A stretch of DNA of 64,000 bases, taken from contig SVAO01000001.1 in NCBI GenBank assembly GCA_015059365.1, positions 78,153 through 142,152 on the forward strand, in the 5' to 3' direction. The notes under the pieces are model-generated. The model saw only the letters and a program-made list of their open reading frames with translations. It was not told the DNA's origin and made no database searches. Each line of letters starts with the position of its first letter. Position 1 is the stretch's first letter. The stretch is from Bacillota bacterium. GTDB lineage: Bacteria; Bacillota_I; Bacilli_A; RF39; UBA660. The position numbers and the translations under genes were made by a program. This document shows positions 9,010 through 19,978 of this stretch, in pieces.

Positions 9010-9642
9010 ATGAATCCAATAATTGGTATTATGACAAGACCTGAAATTTCTCCAGAAAAACATAACATAATGTGTGCTTATGAAGATGTAATAACCTCGG
9101 TAGTCCAGAGTGGTGGCATTCCTCTTGGAATACTACCGCTAAATAAAAGCAAGTTTAATTATAATATTTTTGAAATTATTGACAAATGTGATGGAATTAT
9201 ATTTCAAGGTGGAGATGATTTTACAAATGCAGAAATTGAGTGTATGAAATATGTTTATAAAAAAGATATACCTACACTTGGCATATGTTTAGGTATGCAA
9301 CTCATGAGTTATATGTTTGGTGGAGATTCTATGCCTATTAATAATTTAGAACATAAACAGGCAAATTTAAAATATGTTCATGACGTACACATAAAAAAAG
9401 AATCACAACTATATAAAATATTTAAACAAGATAAGATTAAAGTGAATTCTAGACATAAATATACTGTAATTAACTCAAATTTAGACATAACCGCAATTAG
9501 TTCGGATGGTTTAATAGAAGGGATTGAAGACAAAAATAAAAAGTTTTTTGTAGGTGTACAATGGCACCCAGAATCAATGACTTCATATGATATATTAGAA
9601 AGTAGATTGTTTGACTACTTTATTAATGTATGTAGGAAGTGA
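9010..9642 (+). CDS. class I glutamine amidotransferase-like / peptidase C26 gamma-glutamyl hydrolase
   Basis: GICLGMQLM catalytic Cys motif and WHPE; 210 aa. Confidence 0.7.
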   Translation: MNPIIGIMTRPEISPEKHNIMCAYEDVITSVVQSGGIPLGILPLNKSKFNYNIFEIIDKCDGIIFQGGDDFTNAEIECMKYVYKKDIPTLGICLGMQLMSYMFGGDSMPINNLEHKQANLKYVHDVHIKKESQLYKIFKQDKIKVNSRHKYTVINSNLDITAISSDGLIEGIEDKNKKFFVGVQWHPESMTSYDILESRLFDYFINVCRK

Positions 9643-9645
9643 ATT

Positions 9646-10959
9646 ATGACATATAGAAGTATCTTGAATATAATAAATGGGGAATGCTTGTGTGGTAATT
9701 TAGATACTAAATTTACAGGTATATTTGTAACTGATAGTAGAAAAATAAATCCTGGTGATTGTTTTATTGCAATAAATAATGGTCAAAATTATATAAATAG
9801 TGCAATAGAATTGGGTGCTAATTTAATTATTTGTAATTGTGATTTTTATGATAATAAAATAACGGTATTTAAAGTTAGTGACACTAAAAATATTTTGTTA
9901 TCTTTAGCAAATTTAGTGAGAACTCAAAATCTAAATATACCTGTTATTGCGATTACGGGAAGTGTTGGCAAAACAACTACTAAAGAACTGATATATGAAA
10001 TATTAACAAGTAAGTATCGTGTATTAAAAAATGAGGGAAATAAAAATAATCGGATTGGTATGAGTGAAACTCTATTTAGTCTAAATCAAAATTATGATAT
10101 TTGTGTTTTAGAAATGGGTATGAATCATTCGGGAGAGATAAACGAATTATCTGTTTGTGCTCTTCCTGATGATGTAGTTATAACTAACGTAGGGACGTCT
10201 CATATTGGTTATTTAAAATCTAAAAGGAATATTTTTAAGGCAAAATGTGAAATATTAAACGGAATGAGACAAGGAACATTATTTATTAATGGCGATGACA
10301 AATATTTAAAGAAAATAAGAAATACTAAAATAGTAAGAGTGGGTTTAAATAGAAGCAATGATTTAATAGCGTTTAATATTATTTCGACCCAACATCATGT
10401 TTATTTTTACATAAATTATAATAATAAACGTTATCATATTAAGTTTAATATTCCAAATGAAACCTTAATTCCAAACATTTTAATTGCTATCGCTGTAGGT
10501 TTAAAATATGAGATTTCGATCGAGGATATTATTAATAGAGTAGAGTTATATAAATCAATGAACCATCGTAATCAAATCAAAGAAATTAAAAACACTATAA
10601 TAATAGATGATTGTTATAATGCAAGTTTTGAATCTATTGTTGGTGGTTTAGCGTTGTTAAAAAATTATAATAAGAAAAAAATAATTATTATAGGTGATGT
10701 TTTAGAACTTGGTAAATATAGTAAAAAAATACATAAAAAAATTGGAAAATGTTTAATGAAAGAAGATATGGTTATCTTAGTAGGTAAAGAGGTAAAAAAT
10801 ATCAAGGGTAAAAATTTTATTTTTAAAGATGATTATACTGAAGTTATATCTTATTTAGACGAGGTAGATATTAATCATAAGATTATTTATCTAAAAGGTT
10901 CAAGAAAAATGCGGTTAGAAGAAATTAGAAATTATATAGAAAAAAGATTAACAGAATGA
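9646..10959 (+). CDS. murF: UDP-N-acetylmuramoyl-tripeptide--D-alanyl-D-alanine ligase
   Basis: Mur ligase P-loop TGSVGKTTTKE, typical three-domain architecture, 437 aa. Confidence 0.85.
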   Translation: MTYRSILNIINGECLCGNLDTKFTGIFVTDSRKINPGDCFIAINNGQNYINSAIELGANLIICNCDFYDNKITVFKVSDTKNILLSLANLVRTQNLNIPVIAITGSVGKTTTKELIYEILTSKYRVLKNEGNKNNRIGMSETLFSLNQNYDICVLEMGMNHSGEINELSVCALPDDVVITNVGTSHIGYLKSKRNIFKAKCEILNGMRQGTLFINGDDKYLKKIRNTKIVRVGLNRSNDLIAFNIISTQHHVYFYINYNNKRYHIKFNIPNETLIPNILIAIAVGLKYEISIEDIINRVELYKSMNHRNQIKEIKNTIIIDDCYNASFESIVGGLALLKNYNKKKIIIIGDVLELGKYSKKIHKKIGKCLMKEDMVILVGKEVKNIKGKNFIFKDDYTEVISYLDEVDINHKIIYLKGSRKMRLEEIRNYIEKRLTE

Positions 10960-11001
10960 TTCTGTTATTTTTTTTATTTATTGCCTATATCTTTAAAATA
11001 A

Positions 11002-13006
<2,005 letters not shown>

Positions 13007-13025
13007 ATTGTGGAGAGGGATTTGG

Positions 13026-14900
13026 ATGAATAAAGAACAATTAATAGAATATAAAAAAAAGTTAATTCAGTTAACAGAAGAAGATAGCAACCAAAGAGAT
13101 ATTTATCTATCACAATTAAATAACGGAAAATTAAAGGGACCAATGCTAGGTATTCCTAGTATTGATAAACCATGGTTGAAATATTACAATGAGAAAAGTA
13201 TAAATATGTCTATGCCTAAAATGACTTGTTATGACTACTTGAAGGAATGTAATAAAAAATATTTAGATAGAACAGCTTTATCATATTTTGGAAGAAAGAT
13301 AACGTTTGAAGAATTATTTATAAATATTGAAAGTACAGCTAAGGCATTAAAAAGTTTAGGACTTAAAGAAAACGAAGTTATTACTATATCTTTGCCTAAT
13401 ATTCCAGAAGCAGTTTATTTGTTTTATGCATGTAGTAAAATAGGGGTTGTTGCTAACATGGTAGACCCAAGATCTAGTGAAGAAGATTTAAAAAAATATA
13501 TTGAAGAAGTAGATTCAAAGTTAGTAATAATTGTTGATTCGCATTTCTATAAAATAAAAAGATTAGTTGACGAAGAGATTGTTGATAAAACAGTTGCGGT
13601 TTCACCAGCAGAGTCATTGCCTTTAGCACTAAATTTAGGATATAAAGCAAAAGAGTTTGTTTCTAGTATAAAAGATTCTAATAAAAAAATAGATTATTCA
13701 TGTAAAGTTATCAATTGGAGTTCATTTATTAACGGTGGCAATAATTTTATGAAATCAACAGAAGTAGAATATGTTTCTAATAGACCTTTTGTAATAGAAC
13801 ATACTGGTGGAACTACTGGGAGTCCTAAAGGCGTTATTTTAACTAATGAGAATATCAATGCTGTAGCACTTCAAAGTGTATTAACCGGAATAGATATGAA
13901 AAGAGAACATACTTGGTTAGATATTATGCCTACCTTTATAGCTTATGGTGTTGGAATGGGACTACATTTGCCATTAACAATCGGTATGGAGACAATTTTA
14001 ATACCACAATTTAAAGCTGAAGAGTTTGATAAATTACTTTTAAAGCATAAACCTGTTCATATGGTTGGGGTTCCATCATATTGGGGAACAATCATAAATA
14101 GTAAAAAAATGCAAAAGCAAAATTTATCTTATATGATAGCCCCAACAGTAGGTGGAGATGCAATGAATATTGAACTTGAAAAAGCAGCAAATGCATTTTT
14201 AACTACGCATGGTTGCTCGTCAAAAATAACAAAGGGCTATGGAATGACAGAAGTTTGTGGTGGAGTAGTAGGAACAATCGATGAAAATAATCAATTAGGA
14301 AGTGTAGGAATTCCTTTTGTTAAAATCAATATAGCAATATTTGATCCAGAAACACAAGAAGAATTAGGATATAATCAAGAAGGAGAAGTATGTATTACAG
14401 GGCCTAATACAATGTTAAAATATTGGGATAATGAAAAAGCTACTGAAGATATTTTAAAGGTCCATGAAGATGGAACAGTTTGGGTACATTCTGGTGATAT
14501 AGGATATATCACAAATGATGGAAATTTATTTATTACCGATAGAATGAAGAGATTAATAATTAGATATGATGGATTTAAAGTATTTCCGTCACGCATAGAA
14601 AAAGTGATTTCATCATATCCAGCAGTTGAATCGTGTAAGGTAATAGGAATTCAAGATTGTAATCATAGTCAAGGTAAATTGCCTAAAGTTCATATTGTAT
14701 TAAAAGAAGAGTATAGAGAAGATGAAGACATAATAATTCGTGAATTAGAAAAACTTTGTATGGAACAATTGCCTGAATATATGCAACCAGTTGCATATCA
14801 GGTAAGAGATATAATGCCTCTTACTAGTGTTGGAAAAATTGATTATTTAGCACTTGAAGCTGAAGAAATTAAAGTGAAAACTTTGACAAAAAACAAATAA
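13026..14900 (+). CDS. AMP-dependent synthetase/ligase (acyl-CoA ligase family)
   Basis: AMP-binding motif TGGTTGSPKGV and ANL superfamily C-terminal domain; start moved to ATG 13026. Confidence 0.75.
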   Translation: MNKEQLIEYKKKLIQLTEEDSNQRDIYLSQLNNGKLKGPMLGIPSIDKPWLKYYNEKSINMSMPKMTCYDYLKECNKKYLDRTALSYFGRKITFEELFINIESTAKALKSLGLKENEVITISLPNIPEAVYLFYACSKIGVVANMVDPRSSEEDLKKYIEEVDSKLVIIVDSHFYKIKRLVDEEIVDKTVAVSPAESLPLALNLGYKAKEFVSSIKDSNKKIDYSCKVINWSSFINGGNNFMKSTEVEYVSNRPFVIEHTGGTTGSPKGVILTNENINAVALQSVLTGIDMKREHTWLDIMPTFIAYGVGMGLHLPLTIGMETILIPQFKAEEFDKLLLKHKPVHMVGVPSYWGTIINSKKMQKQNLSYMIAPTVGGDAMNIELEKAANAFLTTHGCSSKITKGYGMTEVCGGVVGTIDENNQLGSVGIPFVKINIAIFDPETQEELGYNQEGEVCITGPNTMLKYWDNEKATEDILKVHEDGTVWVHSGDIGYITNDGNLFITDRMKRLIIRYDGFKVFPSRIEKVISSYPAVESCKVIGIQDCNHSQGKLPKVHIVLKEEYREDEDIIIRELEKLCMEQLPEYMQPVAYQVRDIMPLTSVGKIDYLALEAEEIKVKTLTKNK

Positions 14901-14918
14901 AGCTATTTGTTTTTTTCT
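14891..14918 (+). terminator. rho-independent terminator
   Basis: hairpin aaacaaata-aagc-tatttgttt followed by T-run. Confidence 0.6.
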
Positions 14919-14969
14919 TTATCTTTTCTTAAAATATGATATAATTAATGTGTAGGATAGGTGGTATTT

Positions 14970-17201
14970 ATGCAAATAGGAATGTCAGTTATAGGATGTA
15001 GTTTTGTTTATTTAGTAGTACTGGCAATAGTTTACTTCAAAAAAGAAAAAGTTAATGTTTTTGAAACTAAATTATATGGTGGGTTATTAATTTTAAATAT
15101 AATTGGTTTATTTTTAGAATTTATGTGTTGTTTAACTGTAAGCAATATGGATAAATATCCACTAATAAATATTATAATGAATAGGTTATATTTAATATAT
15201 TTTGTAACATATATTACCACTTTTACTGTATATGTATACTATGTTTCGTTTAATAAAAAAAACAATGATAAATTGTCTAAAAAGGGATTATTAATAACCT
15301 TGATTGGGATTATTTATTCAATTTCTTTGTTGTCAGTTATATTTTTACCATTGTATTATTTTTATGAGCCTAATATAGTTTATTCATATGGACCTGCTAC
15401 TGACTTTTTAACTTTATTGTGTGGTATATATTTAATTATAGATATATTTTGTTTAATTAAAAACTTCAAAAATATAAAATCGAAGAAAATTATACCTTTA
15501 TTTGTACTTATTTTTTGTATGTTAATCGCATTTGTTGTTAGAAATTTAAATCCAAGTATTATTTTAATTAATTCATCATTTGGTTTAGTAACTGCGATAA
15601 TGTATTTTACAATAGAAAATCCTGATATGAAGATGTTAAGAGAATTAGAACTTGCGAAAGAATATGCAGAAAAGGCCAATCGTGCTAAATCTGAATTCTT
15701 ATCTAGTATGTCCCATGAAATTAGAACTCCATTAAATGCTATTGTGGGTTTTTCTGAATGCATTAAAAATGAAGATTCTTTAGATGAAGCGAAAAAAGAT
15801 GCAGGAGATATAGTAATTGCTAGTAATAATTTGCTAGAAATAGTAAATGGGATACTTGATATAAGTAAGATAGAAGCTAACAAGATGGAAATAATTAATA
15901 AAGATTATTGCTTGTTACCAGAACTTCATAATCTTGCTAAATTAATGGTCCCTAGAATTGGAGATAAACCCATTGAATTAAAAACACATTTTGGTGTTGA
16001 TATTCCATTTGTTATGTATGGTGATATTGGAAAAATTAAACAAATAATAACAAATATTCTTACTAACGCGGTGAAATATACAGAAAAAGGTGAAATCAAT
16101 TTTGATGTAAATTGTATTAATCAAGGAGATAAATGTTCGTTAGTTATTTCTGTTGAGGATACTGGTAGGGGGATTAAACCTGAGAAGATAGATACATTAT
16201 TTACTAAATTTAATCGATTAGAGGAAGATCGAAACACAACAGTAGAAGGAACTGGCTTAGGTCTTGCAATAACTAAATCATTAGTGGAAATGATGGGTGG
16301 TAAAATTATTGTTCAAAGTAAGTATGGAATCGGGTCTAAATTTACAGTGTATTTAAGTCAAAAAATAATTAAACTACATGGAATAGATGAGAAAAAAGAA
16401 CAAGAGATTCAAATGCTAAAATTTCCTAATTCGAAAGTGTTAGTTGTAGATGATAACGATTTAAATTTAAAAGTCATTGATAAATTGTTGAAGCGATATG
16501 ACATTAGTACTACACTTGTTGATAGTGGTGTGGCTTGTATTAATTTGATAAAAGAACATAATTCGTTTGATTTAATATTAATGGATGATATGATGCCAAA
16601 TTTAAGAGGCCCAGAAACATTAAAGATATTAAAGAATATAGAAGGTTTTAATATTCCGGTAATTGCTTTAACAGCTAATGCAATCGCGGGTATGAAGGAA
16701 AATTATATTAAGGAAGGTTTTAATGATTACTTATCGAAACCATTAGAAAAAGAGGAATTAAATAATATTTTACAAAAATATTTAATAAAAAAAGAAATAA
16801 ATCCATCTACAAAAGATAGTCAACTTAACTATAAAGATTATAGCGGTAAAAGAATTCTTTTAGTGGATGATAATGAAATCAATAATAAGATTGCTTTTAA
16901 TGCCATGAAAGACTATAATTTTGATGTTGATAAAGTATTAAGCGGTAAGGAATGTTTAGGTAAAGTAAAAGAAACAACTTATGATTTAATATTTTTAGAT
17001 TATATGATGCCAGAAATGGATGGTATTGAAACTTTGAATCAACTAAAAAGAATAGAAGGATTTAACACTAAGGTTATTGCCCTTACTGCGGATGCAGGAG
17101 AAGGAGCTAGAGAAAAGTTCTTGAATGCTGGCTTTGATGAATATATTGCTAAACCTATAAACAAAAGAATACTAAATGAAATTATTGATAAATTAATTTA
17201 A
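14970..17201 (+). CDS. hybrid sensor histidine kinase with two C-terminal receiver domains
   Basis: about 6 TM N-terminal sensor; HisKA H-box SHEIRTPLNAI; HATPase_c (N, G1, G2 boxes); two REC domains (VLVVDDNDLN...DLILMDDMMP and ILLVDDNEIN...DLIFLDYMMP). Confidence 0.8.
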   Translation: MQIGMSVIGCSFVYLVVLAIVYFKKEKVNVFETKLYGGLLILNIIGLFLEFMCCLTVSNMDKYPLINIIMNRLYLIYFVTYITTFTVYVYYVSFNKKNNDKLSKKGLLITLIGIIYSISLLSVIFLPLYYFYEPNIVYSYGPATDFLTLLCGIYLIIDIFCLIKNFKNIKSKKIIPLFVLIFCMLIAFVVRNLNPSIILINSSFGLVTAIMYFTIENPDMKMLRELELAKEYAEKANRAKSEFLSSMSHEIRTPLNAIVGFSECIKNEDSLDEAKKDAGDIVIASNNLLEIVNGILDISKIEANKMEIINKDYCLLPELHNLAKLMVPRIGDKPIELKTHFGVDIPFVMYGDIGKIKQIITNILTNAVKYTEKGEINFDVNCINQGDKCSLVISVEDTGRGIKPEKIDTLFTKFNRLEEDRNTTVEGTGLGLAITKSLVEMMGGKIIVQSKYGIGSKFTVYLSQKIIKLHGIDEKKEQEIQMLKFPNSKVLVVDDNDLNLKVIDKLLKRYDISTTLVDSGVACINLIKEHNSFDLILMDDMMPNLRGPETLKILKNIEGFNIPVIALTANAIAGMKENYIKEGFNDYLSKPLEKEELNNILQKYLIKKEINPSTKDSQLNYKDYSGKRILLVDDNEINNKIAFNAMKDYNFDVDKVLSGKECLGKVKETTYDLIFLDYMMPEMDGIETLNQLKRIEGFNTKVIALTADAGEGAREKFLNAGFDEYIAKPINKRILNEIIDKLI

Positions 17202-17204
17202 AAA

Positions 17205-17230
17205 GAAAACCAGTAATGCTGGTTTTTTAA
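17205..17230. terminator. bidirectional terminator between kinase and convergent membrane-protein gene
   Basis: hairpin aaaaccagtaatgctggtttt flanked by A-run and T-run. Confidence 0.65.
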
Positions 17231-17601
17231 TTTTTATTTGGCTTAAATTTATTTACTCCAACAATACTACCTAATATAGAAGATACAATTAATATAACAT
17301 AATATATTATTAATTTTATTGAAAAACTATAATTTAATCCTAGGTAATTAAATAATGTTAATATAATTAAAAATATTAAACTTAATTTTAATCCTTCTAG
17401 CCATCCTTTTTTACCTTGTTTTTTTCCAATCACAAATCCACCACTAAACATTGATAAAATAGGTATAATAACTTTTGTAATTTTTATTCCAGTATTATTT
17501 AGTATTCCTATATAATTAAACAAGGTACCAATTAGTGTTAATCCTAATATAAAACAAAAGATAAACAATAACGAAATTCCTAAATTTTTTAAATAGTTCA
17601 T
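17227..17601 (-). CDS. small integral membrane protein (4 TM)
   Basis: 124 aa hydrophobic ORF with RBS AGGAGG. Confidence 0.5.
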   Translation of the reverse strand: MNYLKNLGISLLFIFCFILGLTLIGTLFNYIGILNNTGIKITKVIIPILSMFSGGFVIGKKQGKKGWLEGLKLSLIFLIILTLFNYLGLNYSFSIKLIIYYVILIVSSILGSIVGVNKFKPNKN

Positions 17602-17673
17602 GTATACCTCCTAATAAAATTTATTCTTTGTATAAATATATATTCGAAAAACCATAATAATAACGGTGATAAT

Positions 17674-18303
17674 ATGTATATGTCTATGGTTTTTAAAACA
17701 TTTGTTTTGTATGTTTTTATTGTACTTGTATATCGTATTATGGGTAAAAAAGAAGTTGGAAAATTAAGTATTATAGATTTAATTGTATCTATTTTGATCG
17801 CAGAACTTGCAGCAATTTCTATTGAAGAAACAGATAGATCTATTTTTACTTCAATCATTCCTATTGTAGTATTAGTTTCTATCCAGTTAGTTATTAGTTT
17901 TATTACATTAAAGAACGTAAAATTAAGAAAAATAATTGATGGGAATCCTACCGTAATAATTAAAGATGGGAAATTAAATTTTAAAGAAATGAGTAAACTT
18001 CGTTATACATTAGATGACTTATTTGCTCAATTACGTGAACAAGGAATTAAAAGTATTGAAGAGGTTAATTATGCAGTTTTAGAAAATAATGGTAAATTAT
18101 CTGTTTTTGAATCATCTAAGGACTATCCGCTTCCAATCATAGTGGATGGGAATATTGATTACTTAGTATTAAAAGATTTGAAGAAAGATGAAAAATGGAT
18201 TAATGATATTTTAAAGGAACATGAGATTAATTTAAGCAATGTTTTTTATGCTTTTTATACTAAGAAAAAAACTTATATAATAAAGAAGAGTGATATAGAA
18301 TAA
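17674..18303 (+). CDS. DUF421 (YetF-like) membrane protein
   Basis: N-terminal TM helices followed by a conserved soluble domain (IIKDGK..., FAQLREQGI). Confidence 0.6.
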   Translation: MYMSMVFKTFVLYVFIVLVYRIMGKKEVGKLSIIDLIVSILIAELAAISIEETDRSIFTSIIPIVVLVSIQLVISFITLKNVKLRKIIDGNPTVIIKDGKLNFKEMSKLRYTLDDLFAQLREQGIKSIEEVNYAVLENNGKLSVFESSKDYPLPIIVDGNIDYLVLKDLKKDEKWINDILKEHEINLSNVFYAFYTKKKTYIIKKSDIE

Positions 18304-18315
18304 AAATATTTAAAT

Positions 18316-19623
18316 TTATATATTTTTTTTGAAATATAATATTTTTTTAATCTTATAAATATCAAATAAAGTAACAAAAACTATGTTCATACTGGTTGCA
18401 AAGATGAGACCCCACAATCCAATTTTTAAGTTACAACCAATAATTAAAGTAAGTGTTCTAATAATCATTCCAATAAGTGTTCCATACATTGCTTCTTTAG
18501 CTTTCCCCATCGCTTGCAAACTCGCACTTATAGGACCTTGGATATAATGTAGTAAACAAATAGGTGCTAAGAATTTAATATAAGATATTCCTTGATTAGT
18601 ATTATAAATTAATTTGAGCGGGATTTGTGGTATGAATAGGAATGTTAAAGTTGCGGGAATACCTATCATTAATGAAAAGAATAATCCTTGTTTAATTTTG
18701 TTTTTGGCATAAATTAAATTATTATTGGCGTAGTTGTTACTAACTACAGGAATCAATGCTTGAGATATGGCTTGAGTAAAAAAAGAAGGAAGTAGTAGTA
18801 AAGGCATAACATAACCATTAAGGATTCCATATTCATTAACGATAAAACTATTTGAATAATTATTTTTAAGTAAGAAAAAAGTTAAAATAATTGGTTCAAA
18901 AAAGTAACCTATATTTCCAATCAAACGGCTTGCGGTAGTAGGAAGACTAATCCCAAAAATTTCTTTGATACTATTTTTATGAGGTACAAAATCCTCTTTT
19001 TTTATTGAAAAATTTTTTGGAAGAAAAAAGAATAAAATAAGTATTGAAGTTAATTCGCTAATAATATTACTTAAAACAATAAAACAAACCGCAAATTCAA
19101 TTCCTTTTATTAAGAAGAATGGAATTCCGATAATCATAATAATTAGTCTAATGATATCTTCGGTTATATTAGAAATTACATGAGGAAACATTTTTTGACG
19201 GCCGAAAAAGTATCCTCTTAAAATACTTGAAATGCAAATGAAAGGAAGTACGAAACCTATTGAGGTTAGTGCAAAACTACATCTAGAATCATGTAGTAAG
19301 TTGTTAGCAATAAATTTAGAAGAAAATATTAAAATAATCATTATAATTATATTAATTCCAAGAGAAATAGGTAGAGATGAAAAAACAAGATTTTTATTAT
19401 TTCTTTTATTTTCCGCAACTAATTTTGATATAGCTACAGGCATGCCCATTTGAGCAATAGCGATAAGAAGTGAGAAAGTAGGCATAATTAACATGTATAA
19501 ACCCATACCTTCAGTTCCCACTAATCTGGTTGTTACAATCTTTATTGTCATACCCAGTATTTTAGTAAAAAAACCACCAATAAGTAAAATAAATGTTGAC
19601 TTAATAAATTTACTTTTTTTCAT
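18316..19623 (-). CDS. MurJ/SpoVB/polysaccharide-biosynthesis family flippase-like membrane protein
   Basis: 435 aa, 12 predicted TM, MOP/MATE-like exporter pattern; good RBS. Confidence 0.6.
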   Translation of the reverse strand: MKKSKFIKSTFILLIGGFFTKILGMTIKIVTTRLVGTEGMGLYMLIMPTFSLLIAIAQMGMPVAISKLVAENKRNNKNLVFSSLPISLGINIIIMIILIFSSKFIANNLLHDSRCSFALTSIGFVLPFICISSILRGYFFGRQKMFPHVISNITEDIIRLIIMIIGIPFFLIKGIEFAVCFIVLSNIISELTSILILFFFLPKNFSIKKEDFVPHKNSIKEIFGISLPTTASRLIGNIGYFFEPIILTFFLLKNNYSNSFIVNEYGILNGYVMPLLLLPSFFTQAISQALIPVVSNNYANNNLIYAKNKIKQGLFFSLMIGIPATLTFLFIPQIPLKLIYNTNQGISYIKFLAPICLLHYIQGPISASLQAMGKAKEAMYGTLIGMIIRTLTLIIGCNLKIGLWGLIFATSMNIVFVTLFDIYKIKKILYFKKNI

Positions 19624-19701
19624 AGTTTCTCCTTTAAAAAATAGTGTTTATCATATATAATATATATGATGGTTACTAAAAAAATATTATGGAGGTATAT
19701 C

Positions 19702-19977
19702 ATGGATATGGAATTTACTAGTCTTGAACAACTTTATAAAAGATTAAAACCTGCTTTAACTGCTAAAGCTAACGAAATGCATATGCAAGGATATAAATAC
19801 GTTAAAGAAGATGATGTATGGAATTATTTAAAAGAGATTAAATGGAGTAATTCGAAAAATCTATTATTATTTGAAATGGTAAGAGATATTTTAAATGTTG
19901 ACAGTATTATCATTGATGATTATGTTAGACAAAAGTTAAATTCTAAAAATAGAAAAGTTTATTTTAACGAGGTGTAG
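19702..19977 (+). CDS. post-transcriptional regulator ComN-like
   Basis: about 92 aa, directly upstream of secDF as comN is in B. subtilis; start chosen at ATG 19702 after GGAGG. Confidence 0.5.
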   Translation: MDMEFTSLEQLYKRLKPALTAKANEMHMQGYKYVKEDDVWNYLKEIKWSNSKNLLLFEMVRDILNVDSIIIDDYVRQKLNSKNRKVYFNEV

Positions 19978-19978
19978 T

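Noticed and set aside
15380-15883. 167-aa minus-strand ORF inside the hybrid histidine kinase
   Set aside because: Antisense to the HisKA region; shadow ORF
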